A DNA stretch of 64,000 nt from Polyangiales bacterium (lineage in GTDB: Bacteria; Myxococcota_A; Polyangia; Polyangiales; Polyangiaceae): assembly GCA_038230375.1 (NCBI GenBank), contig JBBRNJ010000048.1, positions 1 through 64,000 on the forward strand, written 5' to 3'. Below are positions 40,957-51,275 of this stretch, in pieces. Position 1 is the stretch's first letter. Each line of letters starts with the position of its first letter. The notes beneath the pieces were generated by a model. That model had not been told where the DNA came from. It saw nothing but the letters and a program-made list of their open reading frames with translations, and did no database searches. A program made the translations under genes and the position numbers.

Positions 40957-42477
40957 ATGACAACGCTCGACGACCTCAAGGGCCGGCTCCTGGAGGTGGA
41001 TGATCTCTCCAGCGCGGCATCGTTGCTGAAGTGGGATCAGGCCACGTACATGCCTTCTGGCGGCGGTACGGCGCGCGGCAGGCAGGTCGCCACGCTCACG
41101 CGCCTCGCGCACGAGAAGCTCACGGATCCAGCGGTCGGCAAGCTGCTCGACGTGCTCGACAAGGAGCTCGCGACGCGCCCCGACGACGACACGGATCGCG
41201 CGCTGCTTCGCGTGACGCGGCGCACGTGGGAGCAGTCAGTCCGCATCCCCGGCGAGCTCGTCTCGGAGATGAGCGAACACATGGCCCGCACCTATCAGAC
41301 GTGGACCGTCGCGCGCCCGAACAACGATTTCGAGCTCACCCGGCCGCTGCTCGAGAAGACGCTCGAACTGTCACGTCGCATGGCGAACTGCTTTCCGGGG
41401 TACGAGAGCATCGCCGATCCGCTCATCGCGTTCTCCGATTACGGCGTGACGGCAAAGAGCGTCCGTGCGCTCTTCACGGAGCTGCGGGGCCGGCTGGTGC
41501 CGCTGGTTCGCGCCATCACGAAGCGCGCGCCTGCCGATGATGCGTGCCTCAAGCAGCACACGCCTGAAGCCGACCAGCTTGCGTTCGGCCTTCAGGTCAT
41601 CAAGCGCTACGGCTACGACTTCGACCGCGGGCGCCAGGACAAGACGCACCACCCGTTCATGACCAAGTTCTCGCAAGGGGACGTGCGCATCACCACGCGC
41701 GTGCGCGAGGACGACATGGCGGACGCGCTCTTCTCCACGCTGCACGAGTGCGGGCATGCGCTCTACGAGCAGGGAATCCGCGCCGATCTCGACGGGACGC
41801 CCCTCTCTGCGGGCACGTCCTCGGGTGTGCACGAGAGCCAGTCGCGCCTCTGGGAGAACGTGGTCGGACGCAGCCGCGGCTTCTGGACGCACTTCTATCC
41901 CGAGATCCAGCGCGCATTCGCGAAGCAGCTCGGCGCGGTCGACGTGGACACCTTCTACCGCGCCATCAACAAGGTGGAGCGCTCGCTCGTGCGCGTGGAC
42001 GCGGACGAGGTGACGTACAACCTGCACGTGATGCTGCGCTTCGATCTGGAGCTCGACATGCTGGAAGGGCGCGTCGCGGTGAAGGACCTACCGCGCGTCT
42101 GGCGCGAGCGCTTCCACGCCGACTTCGGCCTCACGGTGCCATCGGACAAGGACGGCGTCCTGCAGGACGTGCACTGGTACGACGGGCCCATTGGCGGTGC
42201 GTTCCAGGGCTACACGCTGGGCAACGTCCTGTCGGCGCAGTTCTTCGGCGCGGCCGTGAAGGCGCACGCGGCGATCCCCGCTCACATCGAGCGCGGCGAC
42301 TTCGCGGAGCTGCGCGCCTGGCTCACGCACAACGTCTACCAGCACGGCGCGGCCTTCACGCCGGCGGAGCTGGTGTTGCGCGCGACGGGCGCGCCCATGT
42401 CCATCGAGCCGTACATGGACTACCTCTGGAAGAAGTACAAGCCGCTCTACAACCTGACGGAAGACGAACGCCGCTAG
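40957..42477 (+). CDS. Carboxypeptidase M32 (Taq-like)
   Basis: HPF, DVRITTR, HECGH, HESQSR, RVDADE, QDVHW, YTLG. Confidence 0.95.
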   Translation: MTTLDDLKGRLLEVDDLSSAASLLKWDQATYMPSGGGTARGRQVATLTRLAHEKLTDPAVGKLLDVLDKELATRPDDDTDRALLRVTRRTWEQSVRIPGELVSEMSEHMARTYQTWTVARPNNDFELTRPLLEKTLELSRRMANCFPGYESIADPLIAFSDYGVTAKSVRALFTELRGRLVPLVRAITKRAPADDACLKQHTPEADQLAFGLQVIKRYGYDFDRGRQDKTHHPFMTKFSQGDVRITTRVREDDMADALFSTLHECGHALYEQGIRADLDGTPLSAGTSSGVHESQSRLWENVVGRSRGFWTHFYPEIQRAFAKQLGAVDVDTFYRAINKVERSLVRVDADEVTYNLHVMLRFDLELDMLEGRVAVKDLPRVWRERFHADFGLTVPSDKDGVLQDVHWYDGPIGGAFQGYTLGNVLSAQFFGAAVKAHAAIPAHIERGDFAELRAWLTHNVYQHGAAFTPAELVLRATGAPMSIEPYMDYLWKKYKPLYNLTEDERR

Positions 42478-42479
42478 GA

Positions 42480-42929
42480 CTATTCGGTGTGCTCGAAATG
42501 CACGCGGGAAGCGTGGATACGCGCGTAGTACTTGGCGACCTCCGCGGTGGGGTGGTGCTTGCGGATCCAGGCCTCCGCAGAGCCCAGGTCCTTCAGCTGC
42601 CGCTTCTCGATCGCGTCCTTCGACTCGTAGGAGAAGCGGCTCTTGTAGTAGCCGCAGCCCTCGTGCGCGACGAGGACCACGTGCTTGATGTGGTGCGCCA
42701 CCACCAGGAACGAGAGCGACTTTCGGACGGCGATGAGCGACGCCGAGTCGGAGGAGAGCATCTCCAGCAGCGCGGGCCCGCCCGGGATCGTCAACGTGTC
42801 CAGGCGCGGGTAGCCGAGCTTGCGAAGGAGCGCCTCGACGGCGTCGGTGAAGCGCCCGTCCGAGCAATACAGAGCGAGCGCATCGGGGTGGGTCGCATCG
42901 AACGGGTGTCCATCAGCCGCCTTCGACAT
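42480..42929 (-). CDS. Beta-carbonic anhydrase-like protein
   Basis: CSDGR, PGG and HEGCG Zn-ligand pattern. Confidence 0.7.
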   Translation of the reverse strand: MSKAADGHPFDATHPDALALYCSDGRFTDAVEALLRKLGYPRLDTLTIPGGPALLEMLSSDSASLIAVRKSLSFLVVAHHIKHVVLVAHEGCGYYKSRFSYESKDAIEKRQLKDLGSAEAWIRKHHPTAEVAKYYARIHASRVHFEHTE

Positions 42930-42952
42930 ACCCCGAGTCTACATGAGCTGGT

Positions 42953-45304
42953 TCAGCGCGCGGAGACCGCGGTGCCGGTGGCGTTGAGGTCGATGTCGGC
43001 GACGTCCGTGCCGAAGCGCTGCATGTTCTGGACCTTCACGCGGTCCTGAGCGATCGAATAAACCAGGTCGTCCAGGAAGACGCTGCGCTTCACCGCGGAG
43101 GTGGCGTTGGACCACCAGGTGCCGCAGTTGACGCCGTGGCCGCCGTGCTCCACGCCGCCCTTCTTCGTGAAGCCGCGTTCGGTGTCAACGTCGTAGACGA
43201 GGAGCCCGCTGAAGGCCACGGTGGTTCCGTTCGAGCCGTCTCCGCCGCCCTCGCAGGTGGTCATGGGGATTGCGAGCAAGCCACGGTCGGCGACGTAGTT
43301 GAACGCAAGGTGGTCGGTGGCGGCCTGCGAGCTACTGCCACGCGTGCCGATCTTCTCCTTGTGCATCAGCTTCGGGTCGGTGGGGTTCTTCACGTCGAAC
43401 ATCTGGAGGATGACGCCGTCGAAGTAGGCGAAGTCGCCGTGGTCGTTCGCGTCGAAGCCGATCGAGAGCAGGTGGTCGGGATCGATCCGGTGGATGTAGG
43501 TCGAGAAGCCGGGGATCTTGAGCTCGCCCAGGATCTGCGGGTGCGCGGGCTGGTAGAGGTCCATCACGAAGAGCGGGTCGGTCTTCTTGAACGTGACGAC
43601 ATACGCGCGATCGTCGTCGAAGCGCACGGCGCGGATGTCCTCGCCCTTGGCGATGTTCTCGATGGCGCCGACGCGGATCAGGTTGCCGCCCTGCGCCTCG
43701 GTCAGGATGGAGACGGTGCTCGCGACGCCGGGATCCGGCACCCGGCCCGTGGTCGTCGCGATGCGCAGGTAGCCGTAGTATTCGTCCATCGCGAACTGGT
43801 TGAGCACGTGACCGGGGACCAGGCCGCTGCCCAGGTAGTGCGTGTCGCGCGGACTCTCACCGATGCGGAACTTGTGAATCTCGCTCACCTCGCTCACGTT
43901 CGGATACGAGCGGTACCAACCCGAGGTCGCGCCCTTCTGGTGCACGACGGAGACGTAGAGCGAGTCCGCGGAGGCGAAGACCGCACCCGGACGGCTCTCC
44001 AGCGTGGCAGTCGTGGGCCGCTGCTTGTCGTCTTCCAGGTCGAACGAAACGACGCTGGTGAAAGCCTGGCCGTCGTGCAGCGGCGTTCGGAGGAAGCCGC
44101 CGGAGCACATGGCCTGCGCGTTGCCGTTCTCGCGGAGCGTGGGGAACGACGCGGTCGTGCCGCGGATCTTCCGCTCGTTGTCGACCTTCAGCTTGGCGAA
44201 CTTCGCGCGGACCTTGTCCTCCATGGTGCCGCACATCTCGAAGTCCTCAGGCAAGAGATCGTAGGGCGGCGCGGCGGTGTCGTTGTCGGACACCACGGTG
44301 TGCACGGCATGCCCGATCCGCCTGGCCGCGATGAGCGAGCCGGACAGCGTCATCTCGCGCACGACCTTGGGCGCTGCGCGGTCCTTGATATCGAAGACGG
44401 TGACTGTGGTGCTGGTGCCGTCGCCCCCGAACTGGCAGTCATAGCCATACGTGCAGGACGTGCCGCTTCCGCCGCTGGACGTGTAGACCACCGCGCGGTC
44501 GCCCATCACGAAGAGCTCGCGCGCCACGCCGGGAACCTGGCTCACGGACACGACGCGCGGGTTCATGGCCTCCACGATCCGGAGCGCGCCGTTGGATGCA
44601 AGATACACATAAGCCCCATCGGTCTTGACGATGTCGGCCTCGTCCACGCCGGCGACCTGGTTGTTGGTGCCGGAGGCCTTGTTGGCCTTCGCGGGCTGGG
44701 CCGCGGACGATGTCGGTGCGGGCGTCGTGGGGACCATGCTCGGCTTCGCGGCGGGACCTGCTGCGCTGGCGCCGGCCATCCCGCCCCCGTATCCCGAGCT
44801 CAACGCGGAGTCCATCATCGCGCGCGGGGGGGCGTAGCGCGGGCTCATGGGCGCGAAGTCGGTGCTCTGCTGCTCGCGCTCCATCTCCTTCCGCATCAGG
44901 TACTGCTCGCGATCGTCCGCCCAGCACTGCGGCTGCGCGTCGTGCCACTCGCGGAAAGAGACGTCCACCGCGGCGCGCATCGCACGAACACGCGCGTCGA
45001 TCTCCTCGCGCGACGCCTTCTCGCAGGTCTGCGTCTGGAGCCGGGCCTCGGCGAGCGCCTTCGCATCCGGATCACCCTTCATAGGTGTGCTCACGACGGG
45101 CGGCGGGGGACGACGTGCCACGGCAGGTCGAGCGGCGCGGGCCTGGTCCGAAGCGACCGCAACGCCAGTGCCGCCCGTCGCCGTGCCGCCCTTCGCTGCG
45201 CCGGGCGCATCCTTGGTCTGGTGTAGGGCGGGCGCGCACGCCGGAGCGAGCGCGAGCGAGACGAGAATGGCCGGTGCCGCGAGTACGAGTCTATTGCGCG
45301 CCAT
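42953..45304 (-). CDS. Secreted lipoprotein with C-terminal beta-propeller domain
   Basis: APAC lipobox; TNNQVAGVDEADIVKTDG, LNQFAMDE, AVRF, VTFKKTDPLFV, LKIPGFSTYIH. Confidence 0.85.
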   Translation of the reverse strand: MARNRLVLAAPAILVSLALAPACAPALHQTKDAPGAAKGGTATGGTGVAVASDQARAARPAVARRPPPPVVSTPMKGDPDAKALAEARLQTQTCEKASREEIDARVRAMRAAVDVSFREWHDAQPQCWADDREQYLMRKEMEREQQSTDFAPMSPRYAPPRAMMDSALSSGYGGGMAGASAAGPAAKPSMVPTTPAPTSSAAQPAKANKASGTNNQVAGVDEADIVKTDGAYVYLASNGALRIVEAMNPRVVSVSQVPGVARELFVMGDRAVVYTSSGGSGTSCTYGYDCQFGGDGTSTTVTVFDIKDRAAPKVVREMTLSGSLIAARRIGHAVHTVVSDNDTAAPPYDLLPEDFEMCGTMEDKVRAKFAKLKVDNERKIRGTTASFPTLRENGNAQAMCSGGFLRTPLHDGQAFTSVVSFDLEDDKQRPTTATLESRPGAVFASADSLYVSVVHQKGATSGWYRSYPNVSEVSEIHKFRIGESPRDTHYLGSGLVPGHVLNQFAMDEYYGYLRIATTTGRVPDPGVASTVSILTEAQGGNLIRVGAIENIAKGEDIRAVRFDDDRAYVVTFKKTDPLFVMDLYQPAHPQILGELKIPGFSTYIHRIDPDHLLSIGFDANDHGDFAYFDGVILQMFDVKNPTDPKLMHKEKIGTRGSSSQAATDHLAFNYVADRGLLAIPMTTCEGGGDGSNGTTVAFSGLLVYDVDTERGFTKKGGVEHGGHGVNCGTWWSNATSAVKRSVFLDDLVYSIAQDRVKVQNMQRFGTDVADIDLNATGTAVSAR

Positions 45305-45367
45305 GTCGGAGAGCCTCCAGGGGGACCGCTCTGCCTCACGTGGTGTGGGCGCGGCCTCCTGGGAGAC

Positions 45368-46162
45368 TCATACGGACGAAGACGCGGGAGGATCTTGACA
45401 ACGCGATGCGCGGGAAAAGAAGCCGCAAAGCTGCACAACGAACGGGTCGGCACTGGCACCGGAAGCGAGCGCCACGTCGCGAACGGCCACCGCCCGCGGC
45501 GCCCCGCTCTTGTAGAGTACACGGAATGCCGCGGCGAGCGCCTGCACGGAGCCCGCAGGCACGCCGCGACGCGCGAGCCCGACCTTGTTGAGCGCACGCA
45601 CACGCGCGCGATCACCCTGGACGATCATGAACGGGGGGACGTCGTGCTCGACCATCGCGCCCCCGGCCACGAACGCGCTCTCACCCACCAGAACGAACTG
45701 GCTGATGGCCGCGAGGCCTCCGATCGTCACGTGATCCTCCACGCCCACGTGCCCTGCGAGCTGTACGCCGTTCGCCAGCGTGCAGTGCGAGCCGAGCGCA
45801 ACGTCGTGCGCCACGTGCGCGCCCACCATGAACAGGTTGAAGGAGCCGATGCGCGTCTCGTTGCCCTCCGTGCCGCGATGGATGGTGACGTGCTCGCGCA
45901 CCACGTTGTCGTCGCCCATGGTGAGGCGCGAGACCCTGGTCTGCGGCCTCTTGTGCTGCGCCGCCGCGCCGGTGACAGAGAATGGGAAGAACCGGTTCCG
46001 CGCGCCGATCCTGCTCGGCCCTTCCACCACGGCGTGCGCCGACAGCTCGCACCCGTCACCGAGCATCACGCCCGCACCAACGATCGCATACGGCCCCACG
46101 ATGACATTCTGGCCGAGCTCTGCGCGCGGATCGACGATGGCCGTGGGGTGCACCCGAGTCAT
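45368..46162 (-). CDS. lpxA: Acyl-ACP--UDP-GlcNAc O-acyltransferase
   Basis: VHPTAIVDP, hexapeptide repeats, REHVTIHRGT, HVAHD, LAGHV, DVPPF, LN.VGL.RRG. Confidence 0.88.
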   Translation of the reverse strand: MTRVHPTAIVDPRAELGQNVIVGPYAIVGAGVMLGDGCELSAHAVVEGPSRIGARNRFFPFSVTGAAAQHKRPQTRVSRLTMGDDNVVREHVTIHRGTEGNETRIGSFNLFMVGAHVAHDVALGSHCTLANGVQLAGHVGVEDHVTIGGLAAISQFVLVGESAFVAGGAMVEHDVPPFMIVQGDRARVRALNKVGLARRGVPAGSVQALAAAFRVLYKSGAPRAVAVRDVALASGASADPFVVQLCGFFSRASRCQDPPASSSV

Positions 46163-46238
46163 ACGTGGGTCGGTTTAGTCCCTCCCCTCCCCGACCGCAA
46201 TCGACGTGGTAACCTCCAGAAAACGGACGGATCAAGTC

Positions 46239-46835
46239 ATGGAAAGACCCAGAGACCAAAGTCGATGTCTGTTCTGCGGTAGCCGCCTGGACGCGCGCGT
46301 CTCGTGCGGCACGTGCGGAAGGGAAGCTCCACCGCTGGACGCGCCGCGCGCCGCTGAGCTCGCGTCGTCGAAGTCCGGCGGCGTGACATGCCCGCGCTGC
46401 TTCATCGGGCTGGAGCTCGAGCGTCAGGAGAACGGCGCGGAGTTCCTCTATTGCATCGGTTGCCACGGTTGCTTCGTGCCGTCCGGGGACTGGGGCGTCC
46501 TGGTCGACGACGCCGCAGAGAGGACCGACGACGCGCCCGGGGTGGGCGCGGAGCTCAAGGTGCTGCCACCCGAACAGGGCCTTGCGCACGGCGCGCTGCA
46601 CGAGCGCGTGGGCTGCCCGGTCTGCCGCACCGACATGGAGCGCGCCACGTTCCCCCATGCGAGCGAGGTCGTCGATATATGCAGTCTACACGGCATCTGG
46701 TTCGACGCCGCTGAGATGCAGGCCGTCCTGCGCGAGTCCACCAGGCCGCCGGTGGACAGCGAGGCACCCACGGATCGCAAGGGCCGTCAGCGCTCCGCCA
46801 TCGCGCGGTTCGCCCGCCTTGTCACGGGCGGCTAG
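46239..46835 (+). CDS. Multi Zn-ribbon (zf-TFIIB-like) protein
   Basis: [36 protein letters not shown]. Confidence 0.75.
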   Translation: MERPRDQSRCLFCGSRLDARVSCGTCGREAPPLDAPRAAELASSKSGGVTCPRCFIGLELERQENGAEFLYCIGCHGCFVPSGDWGVLVDDAAERTDDAPGVGAELKVLPPEQGLAHGALHERVGCPVCRTDMERATFPHASEVVDICSLHGIWFDAAEMQAVLRESTRPPVDSEAPTDRKGRQRSAIARFARLVTGG

Positions 46836-47677
46836 CTCTTCGGGAACGCGGAGGCCACGCCGCGCAGCCAGCGCATGCGCGCCATCGCTGGATAGCCCGC
46901 GACGGTGGCGCCTTCGGGTACGTCGCCGATGACGCCGCTCTTCGCCGCGATCTTCGCGCCCGCGCCGATGTGACAGTGATCCGCCACGCCGACCTGCCCG
47001 CCGAGGACCGCGCCTCTTCCGATGATGACCGAGCCGGCGAGCCCGGTCTGCGCGCAGAGGATCGCACCTTCGCCGATATCCGCGTTGTGACCGACATGCA
47101 CATGGGCGTCCAGCTTGGCGCCGCGGCGGATGATCGTTGGGCCGAGCGTGCCCGCGTCCACTGTGGTGAGCGCGCCAATGGAGACGTCGTCCTCGATGGT
47201 GACGCCGCCGAGCTGCGGGACTGCGCGTGCCTGGCCGTCCGGGGTCTCCACCCAGCCGAAGCCGGGGCTTCCGATGACCGCGCCGGGACCGATGCGCACG
47301 CGCGCGCCGATGAGCACGCGGGGTCCGATGATCGCCGTGGGGGCGATCACGCAGTCTTCGCCGATCACGGCAGGCGTGTCCTCGGCGCGTGCGTGATCGA
47401 GCAGACACGACATGGCCCACGTGGCGTGCGGATGCACCCAGTCCGCTGCAAGATCCAGATCCCGGAGCTTGGCGTCCACGAGCAAGAGCGCGCCACGCGA
47501 GAGCGCCTCACGAGCGTCCGCCTGGTAGCGGCGCGAGAGCAGCGGCGTGATGTCGCCAGTCCCCGCGAGCTGCGGCGGCGCGATGCGCGAGGCCGGACGA
47601 TCGGCGCGCGACGACACGAGCTGCCCACCGAGCTCGTGCGCGAGCGCGCGGAGTGTCTTCGGCGGGATCTCGATCAC
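46832..47677 (-). CDS. lpxD: UDP-3-O-acylglucosamine N-acyltransferase (compact LpxD)
   Basis: [44 protein letters not shown]. Confidence 0.85.
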   Translation of the reverse strand: MIEIPPKTLRALAHELGGQLVSSRADRPASRIAPPQLAGTGDITPLLSRRYQADAREALSRGALLLVDAKLRDLDLAADWVHPHATWAMSCLLDHARAEDTPAVIGEDCVIAPTAIIGPRVLIGARVRIGPGAVIGSPGFGWVETPDGQARAVPQLGGVTIEDDVSIGALTTVDAGTLGPTIIRRGAKLDAHVHVGHNADIGEGAILCAQTGLAGSVIIGRGAVLGGQVGVADHCHIGAGAKIAAKSGVIGDVPEGATVAGYPAMARMRWLRGVASAFPKS

Positions 47678-47690
47678 TGCGTCCGCGAGC

Positions 47691-48245
47691 TTACTTCTGC
47701 GGCGCGGGAGCCGGCGCAGGAGCCGGAGCGGGTGCGGCGCCGCCGTTGTACATCTGGATGCACTTGTCCGTGAGATCCAGATCCGTGCGGACGTAGGCGA
47801 CCATCGGACGATCGACGATGAGGTCGATGCCTTCGCGCGCGGCGAGCTGCTTCACGATGCCGAGCACCTTCTCGATGATCGGATCGGTGAGCTCCTTCTG
47901 CTTCTTCTGCAGCTCCTGGTTGTACTGCACGAACACGCTCTGCAGCTCCACCATCTGCTTCTGCCAGTCGTCGATGCGCTTCTGGAGGGCTTCCTTGGAG
48001 AGGACCTTCGCCTGCTTGTCGATGTCCTCCTTCTGCTTGCCGAGCTCGACCTGCTTCCGGTCCAGCTCCACCTGCTTCGCGTCGAAGAGCTTCTTCAGCG
48101 TGGCCTGCGCGCGGAGGCCATCCTCGGTCTGCATCACGGCGCGCTGAACGTCGACCACGGCCACCTTCATCTCCGCCTGCGCAAGCGCCGGAACGAAGAA
48201 GAGCGCCGCCGAAAGGAGCAAGGTGAGGACGGAACGAAGGTTCAT
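47691..48245 (-). CDS. skp: OmpH/Skp periplasmic chaperone
   Basis: Signal peptide, KVAVVDVQR, coiled coil, DLTD; upstream of lpxD. Confidence 0.88.
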   Translation of the reverse strand: MNLRSVLTLLLSAALFFVPALAQAEMKVAVVDVQRAVMQTEDGLRAQATLKKLFDAKQVELDRKQVELGKQKEDIDKQAKVLSKEALQKRIDDWQKQMVELQSVFVQYNQELQKKQKELTDPIIEKVLGIVKQLAAREGIDLIVDRPMVAYVRTDLDLTDKCIQMYNGGAAPAPAPAPAPAPQK

Positions 48246-48473
48246 GGCTCCCGGCTAGCCAATGCCCGCGCCCAGGTCAATCCCCTTCGTCGTTCCGGCA
48301 ATTCGCAGGCGATGTAACCGGTGGTTCACGGCCGAACCGGCATCCACGTCGTACGGTCGGGCGGGGGTCCGCTTCGGGACCCTGGATTTCTCGCGGTTTC
48401 CAGCTACGACCTGGTTGGCACGCAGGTTGGATACACCTCTCCGAACCCTGTGTATCGAGGAGTGAGCGCCACC

Positions 48474-49508
48474 ATGTTCTGGAAGCACCTTCCTTTCATC
48501 CTGTTTGCAGCAAGCGCCGTCTCCACGGTGGCTGGCACCAGCATCGGCTGCGGTCCCAGTAACTCCGATCGCTACTATTGCGACGACACCGGCTGCTTCC
48601 AGTGCGACGGCTACGGCTGTTCCACTGTGGACCCGCCCACGCCAACGCAGTGTACTGGCTCCTCCGGCTGCACCAGCGGCACGACCTGCACCGCCGCTGG
48701 GTGCGTGCAGAACTGCGCTGTCGACACCGACTGCGCGAAGGGAACCGTCTGTCAGGGCGGGCTCTGTCTCGCGCCGCAGCAGCAGCCTCCCGCCACGAAG
48801 GAGTGCACGACCAAGACGGACTGCGGCGACGGCAAGGCCTGCGCGGCCGGCAAGTGTGAAGCGTGCGGTGGCACCGCGGGCCCCTGCCCGTGCGCTGCAA
48901 GCACCGACTGCGCGAGCACCGAGACGTGTGCCGCCGGTGCATGCACCGCAAAGACCAACACGTGCGACTTCTCGAGCCAGTGCGGCAACGGGAAGGTCTG
49001 CGCCGACGGTCAGTGCCTCGCCCAGTGCGATGCACAGACCGTGTGCACCGGAAACACGACGTGCGTGAAGGGCGTGTGCGAGCCCAACACTGTCGGCACC
49101 GGCGGCGATGCCGGCGCGGACGCGGGTCCGAACGGCTGCTTGAACGACTCGCAGTGCCTCGACACCGCCGCACCCAACTGCGTCAGCGGTCAATGCGTCG
49201 CCTCCTGCACCACGGACCCGCAGTGCGGCGCCGGCAAGTTCTGCGACCAGGGCGCCTGCGTGGTCGACACGCGGCCCACGCCCAACTGCACGAACGACTC
49301 GCAGTGCACCGGCACCAACCAGAAGTGCGTCACCGGGTACTGCAAGTACAACTGCACCACGGACAAGAGCTGCGAGCTCATCGACTCGCGTATCGGCTAC
49401 TGCGGCCAGGACGGCGTCTGCCGCACGCAGGCAGAAGCGCACCCCCAGTGCACGAAGAAGAGCGACTGCTCCGGCACACAGGACTGCATCGGCAACATCT
49501 GTAAGTAG
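48474..49508 (+). CDS. Cys-rich repeat lipoprotein
   Basis: SIGC lipobox followed by many C-x4-C-x5-C-x4-C modules. Confidence 0.8.
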   Translation: MFWKHLPFILFAASAVSTVAGTSIGCGPSNSDRYYCDDTGCFQCDGYGCSTVDPPTPTQCTGSSGCTSGTTCTAAGCVQNCAVDTDCAKGTVCQGGLCLAPQQQPPATKECTTKTDCGDGKACAAGKCEACGGTAGPCPCAASTDCASTETCAAGACTAKTNTCDFSSQCGNGKVCADGQCLAQCDAQTVCTGNTTCVKGVCEPNTVGTGGDAGADAGPNGCLNDSQCLDTAAPNCVSGQCVASCTTDPQCGAGKFCDQGACVVDTRPTPNCTNDSQCTGTNQKCVTGYCKYNCTTDKSCELIDSRIGYCGQDGVCRTQAEAHPQCTKKSDCSGTQDCIGNICK

Positions 49509-49718
49509 CGGGCGTTTCGCGCCGATAGCTTCGCGCTGGACGCGTTTTGCCGTCCGGTCCGTGCTCACGGCCGCTAGGCCGTTCCGCTCGGTCCTCCGGC
49601 GAAAACGCGCCCATCGCTTGCTCTCGACGCGAACCGACCCGCTACTTTCGGTGGGCCTTGGCAGCAATTTGCAGTTTCGTTGAACCAGGTCGGTACGACT
49701 GACGTATCATCTGGGGAC

Positions 49719-51248
49719 ATGCGTTCCAGAGCCTTGCTTCTGACTCTTGTTACTCCCGCGTTGGTCTCGCTTGGGGCTTGCGCCTCGTCGGCGGAGAGCA
49801 TCGACGACACTGGCGGTGCGGCGCTTTCGCAGGACTGGGACCGCGCGGTCAAGCGTCCGCCTAGCGAGAAGACGGCCGCTGGGCTTCGCGGCGAATGCAC
49901 GTACAAGCGTGGCGCGCTGCCCGGCGAGACGCTTGGTCCAGAGCTCCCGCTCGACAAGGAGATCCCGATCCGTACCGTGGTCGTGATCATGCAGGAGAAC
50001 CGCTCGTTCGACTCCTACTTCGGTCACCTCAACCAGTACACGGGCCGCACCGACATCGAGTCCGCGCCCGCGGGCACATCGAACCCCGAGAAGGTCGGCG
50101 TGGCCGGCAGCCCAAAGCATCCGTGGACGCACGCGAAGATGCTGTGCGTGTCCGACACGAACCACGAGTGGGCGGGCAGCCATCTCGAGTACGACGACGG
50201 CAAGATGGACGGCTTCTTCCAGGCCAACCAGGGCTTCACGGAGAGCGGCCAGCCCAGGGTCGCCGCCTCCGCCACCACCGGCGACCGCGCCATGTGGTGG
50301 TACGACGAGCGCGACATCCCGTTCTACTACGACCTCGCGAGCACGTTCGGCATCGGCGATCACTATCACTCGTCGCTGCTCGGCCCCACGTACCCGAACC
50401 GTGACTTCCTCTATGCCGCCACCAGCCTCGGCGTGACCACCGGTCACTCCATGGACCTGTCGGGTCGTGGCCCCGAGACGAACACTTTCATCTTCGACGA
50501 GCTCGACAAGCGCAACATCAGCTGGACGATCTACGTGGACGGCTTTCCGCACATCCCGCGCGTAGGTGCCGCCGTCGGTCTGGGGTTCGGGTCGCGCTGG
50601 GGTACCGGCGACCAGTACAACGAGCACTTCAAGCCGATGTACCAGTTCCGCTCCGCAGCGAAGGACGGCACGCTGCCGCAGGTCGTGTTCGTGGACGCAA
50701 ACATCACGGAGGACTCACGCGGCGAGGACGAGCACCCGCCGAGCGACATCCAGGTGGGTCAGAAGTTCGTGAGCGACACGATCCACACGCTCTTCGCCAG
50801 CCCTTCGTGGAAGGACATGGCCATCTTCTTCACCTACGACGAGCACGGCGGCATCTACGATCACGTCGCTCCGCCGGCCGCCTGTCCGCCGGATGACCTC
50901 ACGCCCGTGCTCGAGACGGACGAGGACAAGGCGTATCCGGGCGCATTCGACCGCCTCGGCGTGCGCGTGCCGTTCGTCGTGGTGTCGCCGTATGCAAAGA
51001 AGGGCTTCGTCTCCCACAAGACCTACGACCACACGAGCATCACGCGCTTCATCGAGACCAAGTTCAAGCTGCCAGCGCTGACCAACCGCGACGCGAACGC
51101 GGACCCGCTGCTGGACTTCTTCGATTTTGACCACCCGCCGTTCGTCACTCCGCCCACGATCGCCGAGCCCGTGGTCGACAAGGCCGGTTACTCAGCCTGT
51201 CAGCAGCTCTTCAACCCGCCGAAGCAGAACTACGGCCCCCACCACTAG
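49719..51248 (+). CDS. Phospholipase C / phosphoesterase family lipoprotein
   Basis: LGAC; VVIMQENRSFDSYFG, GKMDGF, GPTYPNR, EHPP, TYDEHGG.YDHV, LGVRVP. Confidence 0.93.
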   Translation: MRSRALLLTLVTPALVSLGACASSAESIDDTGGAALSQDWDRAVKRPPSEKTAAGLRGECTYKRGALPGETLGPELPLDKEIPIRTVVVIMQENRSFDSYFGHLNQYTGRTDIESAPAGTSNPEKVGVAGSPKHPWTHAKMLCVSDTNHEWAGSHLEYDDGKMDGFFQANQGFTESGQPRVAASATTGDRAMWWYDERDIPFYYDLASTFGIGDHYHSSLLGPTYPNRDFLYAATSLGVTTGHSMDLSGRGPETNTFIFDELDKRNISWTIYVDGFPHIPRVGAAVGLGFGSRWGTGDQYNEHFKPMYQFRSAAKDGTLPQVVFVDANITEDSRGEDEHPPSDIQVGQKFVSDTIHTLFASPSWKDMAIFFTYDEHGGIYDHVAPPAACPPDDLTPVLETDEDKAYPGAFDRLGVRVPFVVVSPYAKKGFVSHKTYDHTSITRFIETKFKLPALTNRDANADPLLDFFDFDHPPFVTPPTIAEPVVDKAGYSACQQLFNPPKQNYGPHH

Positions 51249-51275
51249 AAGTGGAGTCGCCCAGGGCGACGCAGT

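Noticed and set aside
49658..49674. Possible sigma-54 promoter TTGGCAGCAATTTGCA upstream of the phospholipase C gene
   Set aside because: GG-to-GC spacing is 9 nt, not the required 10.
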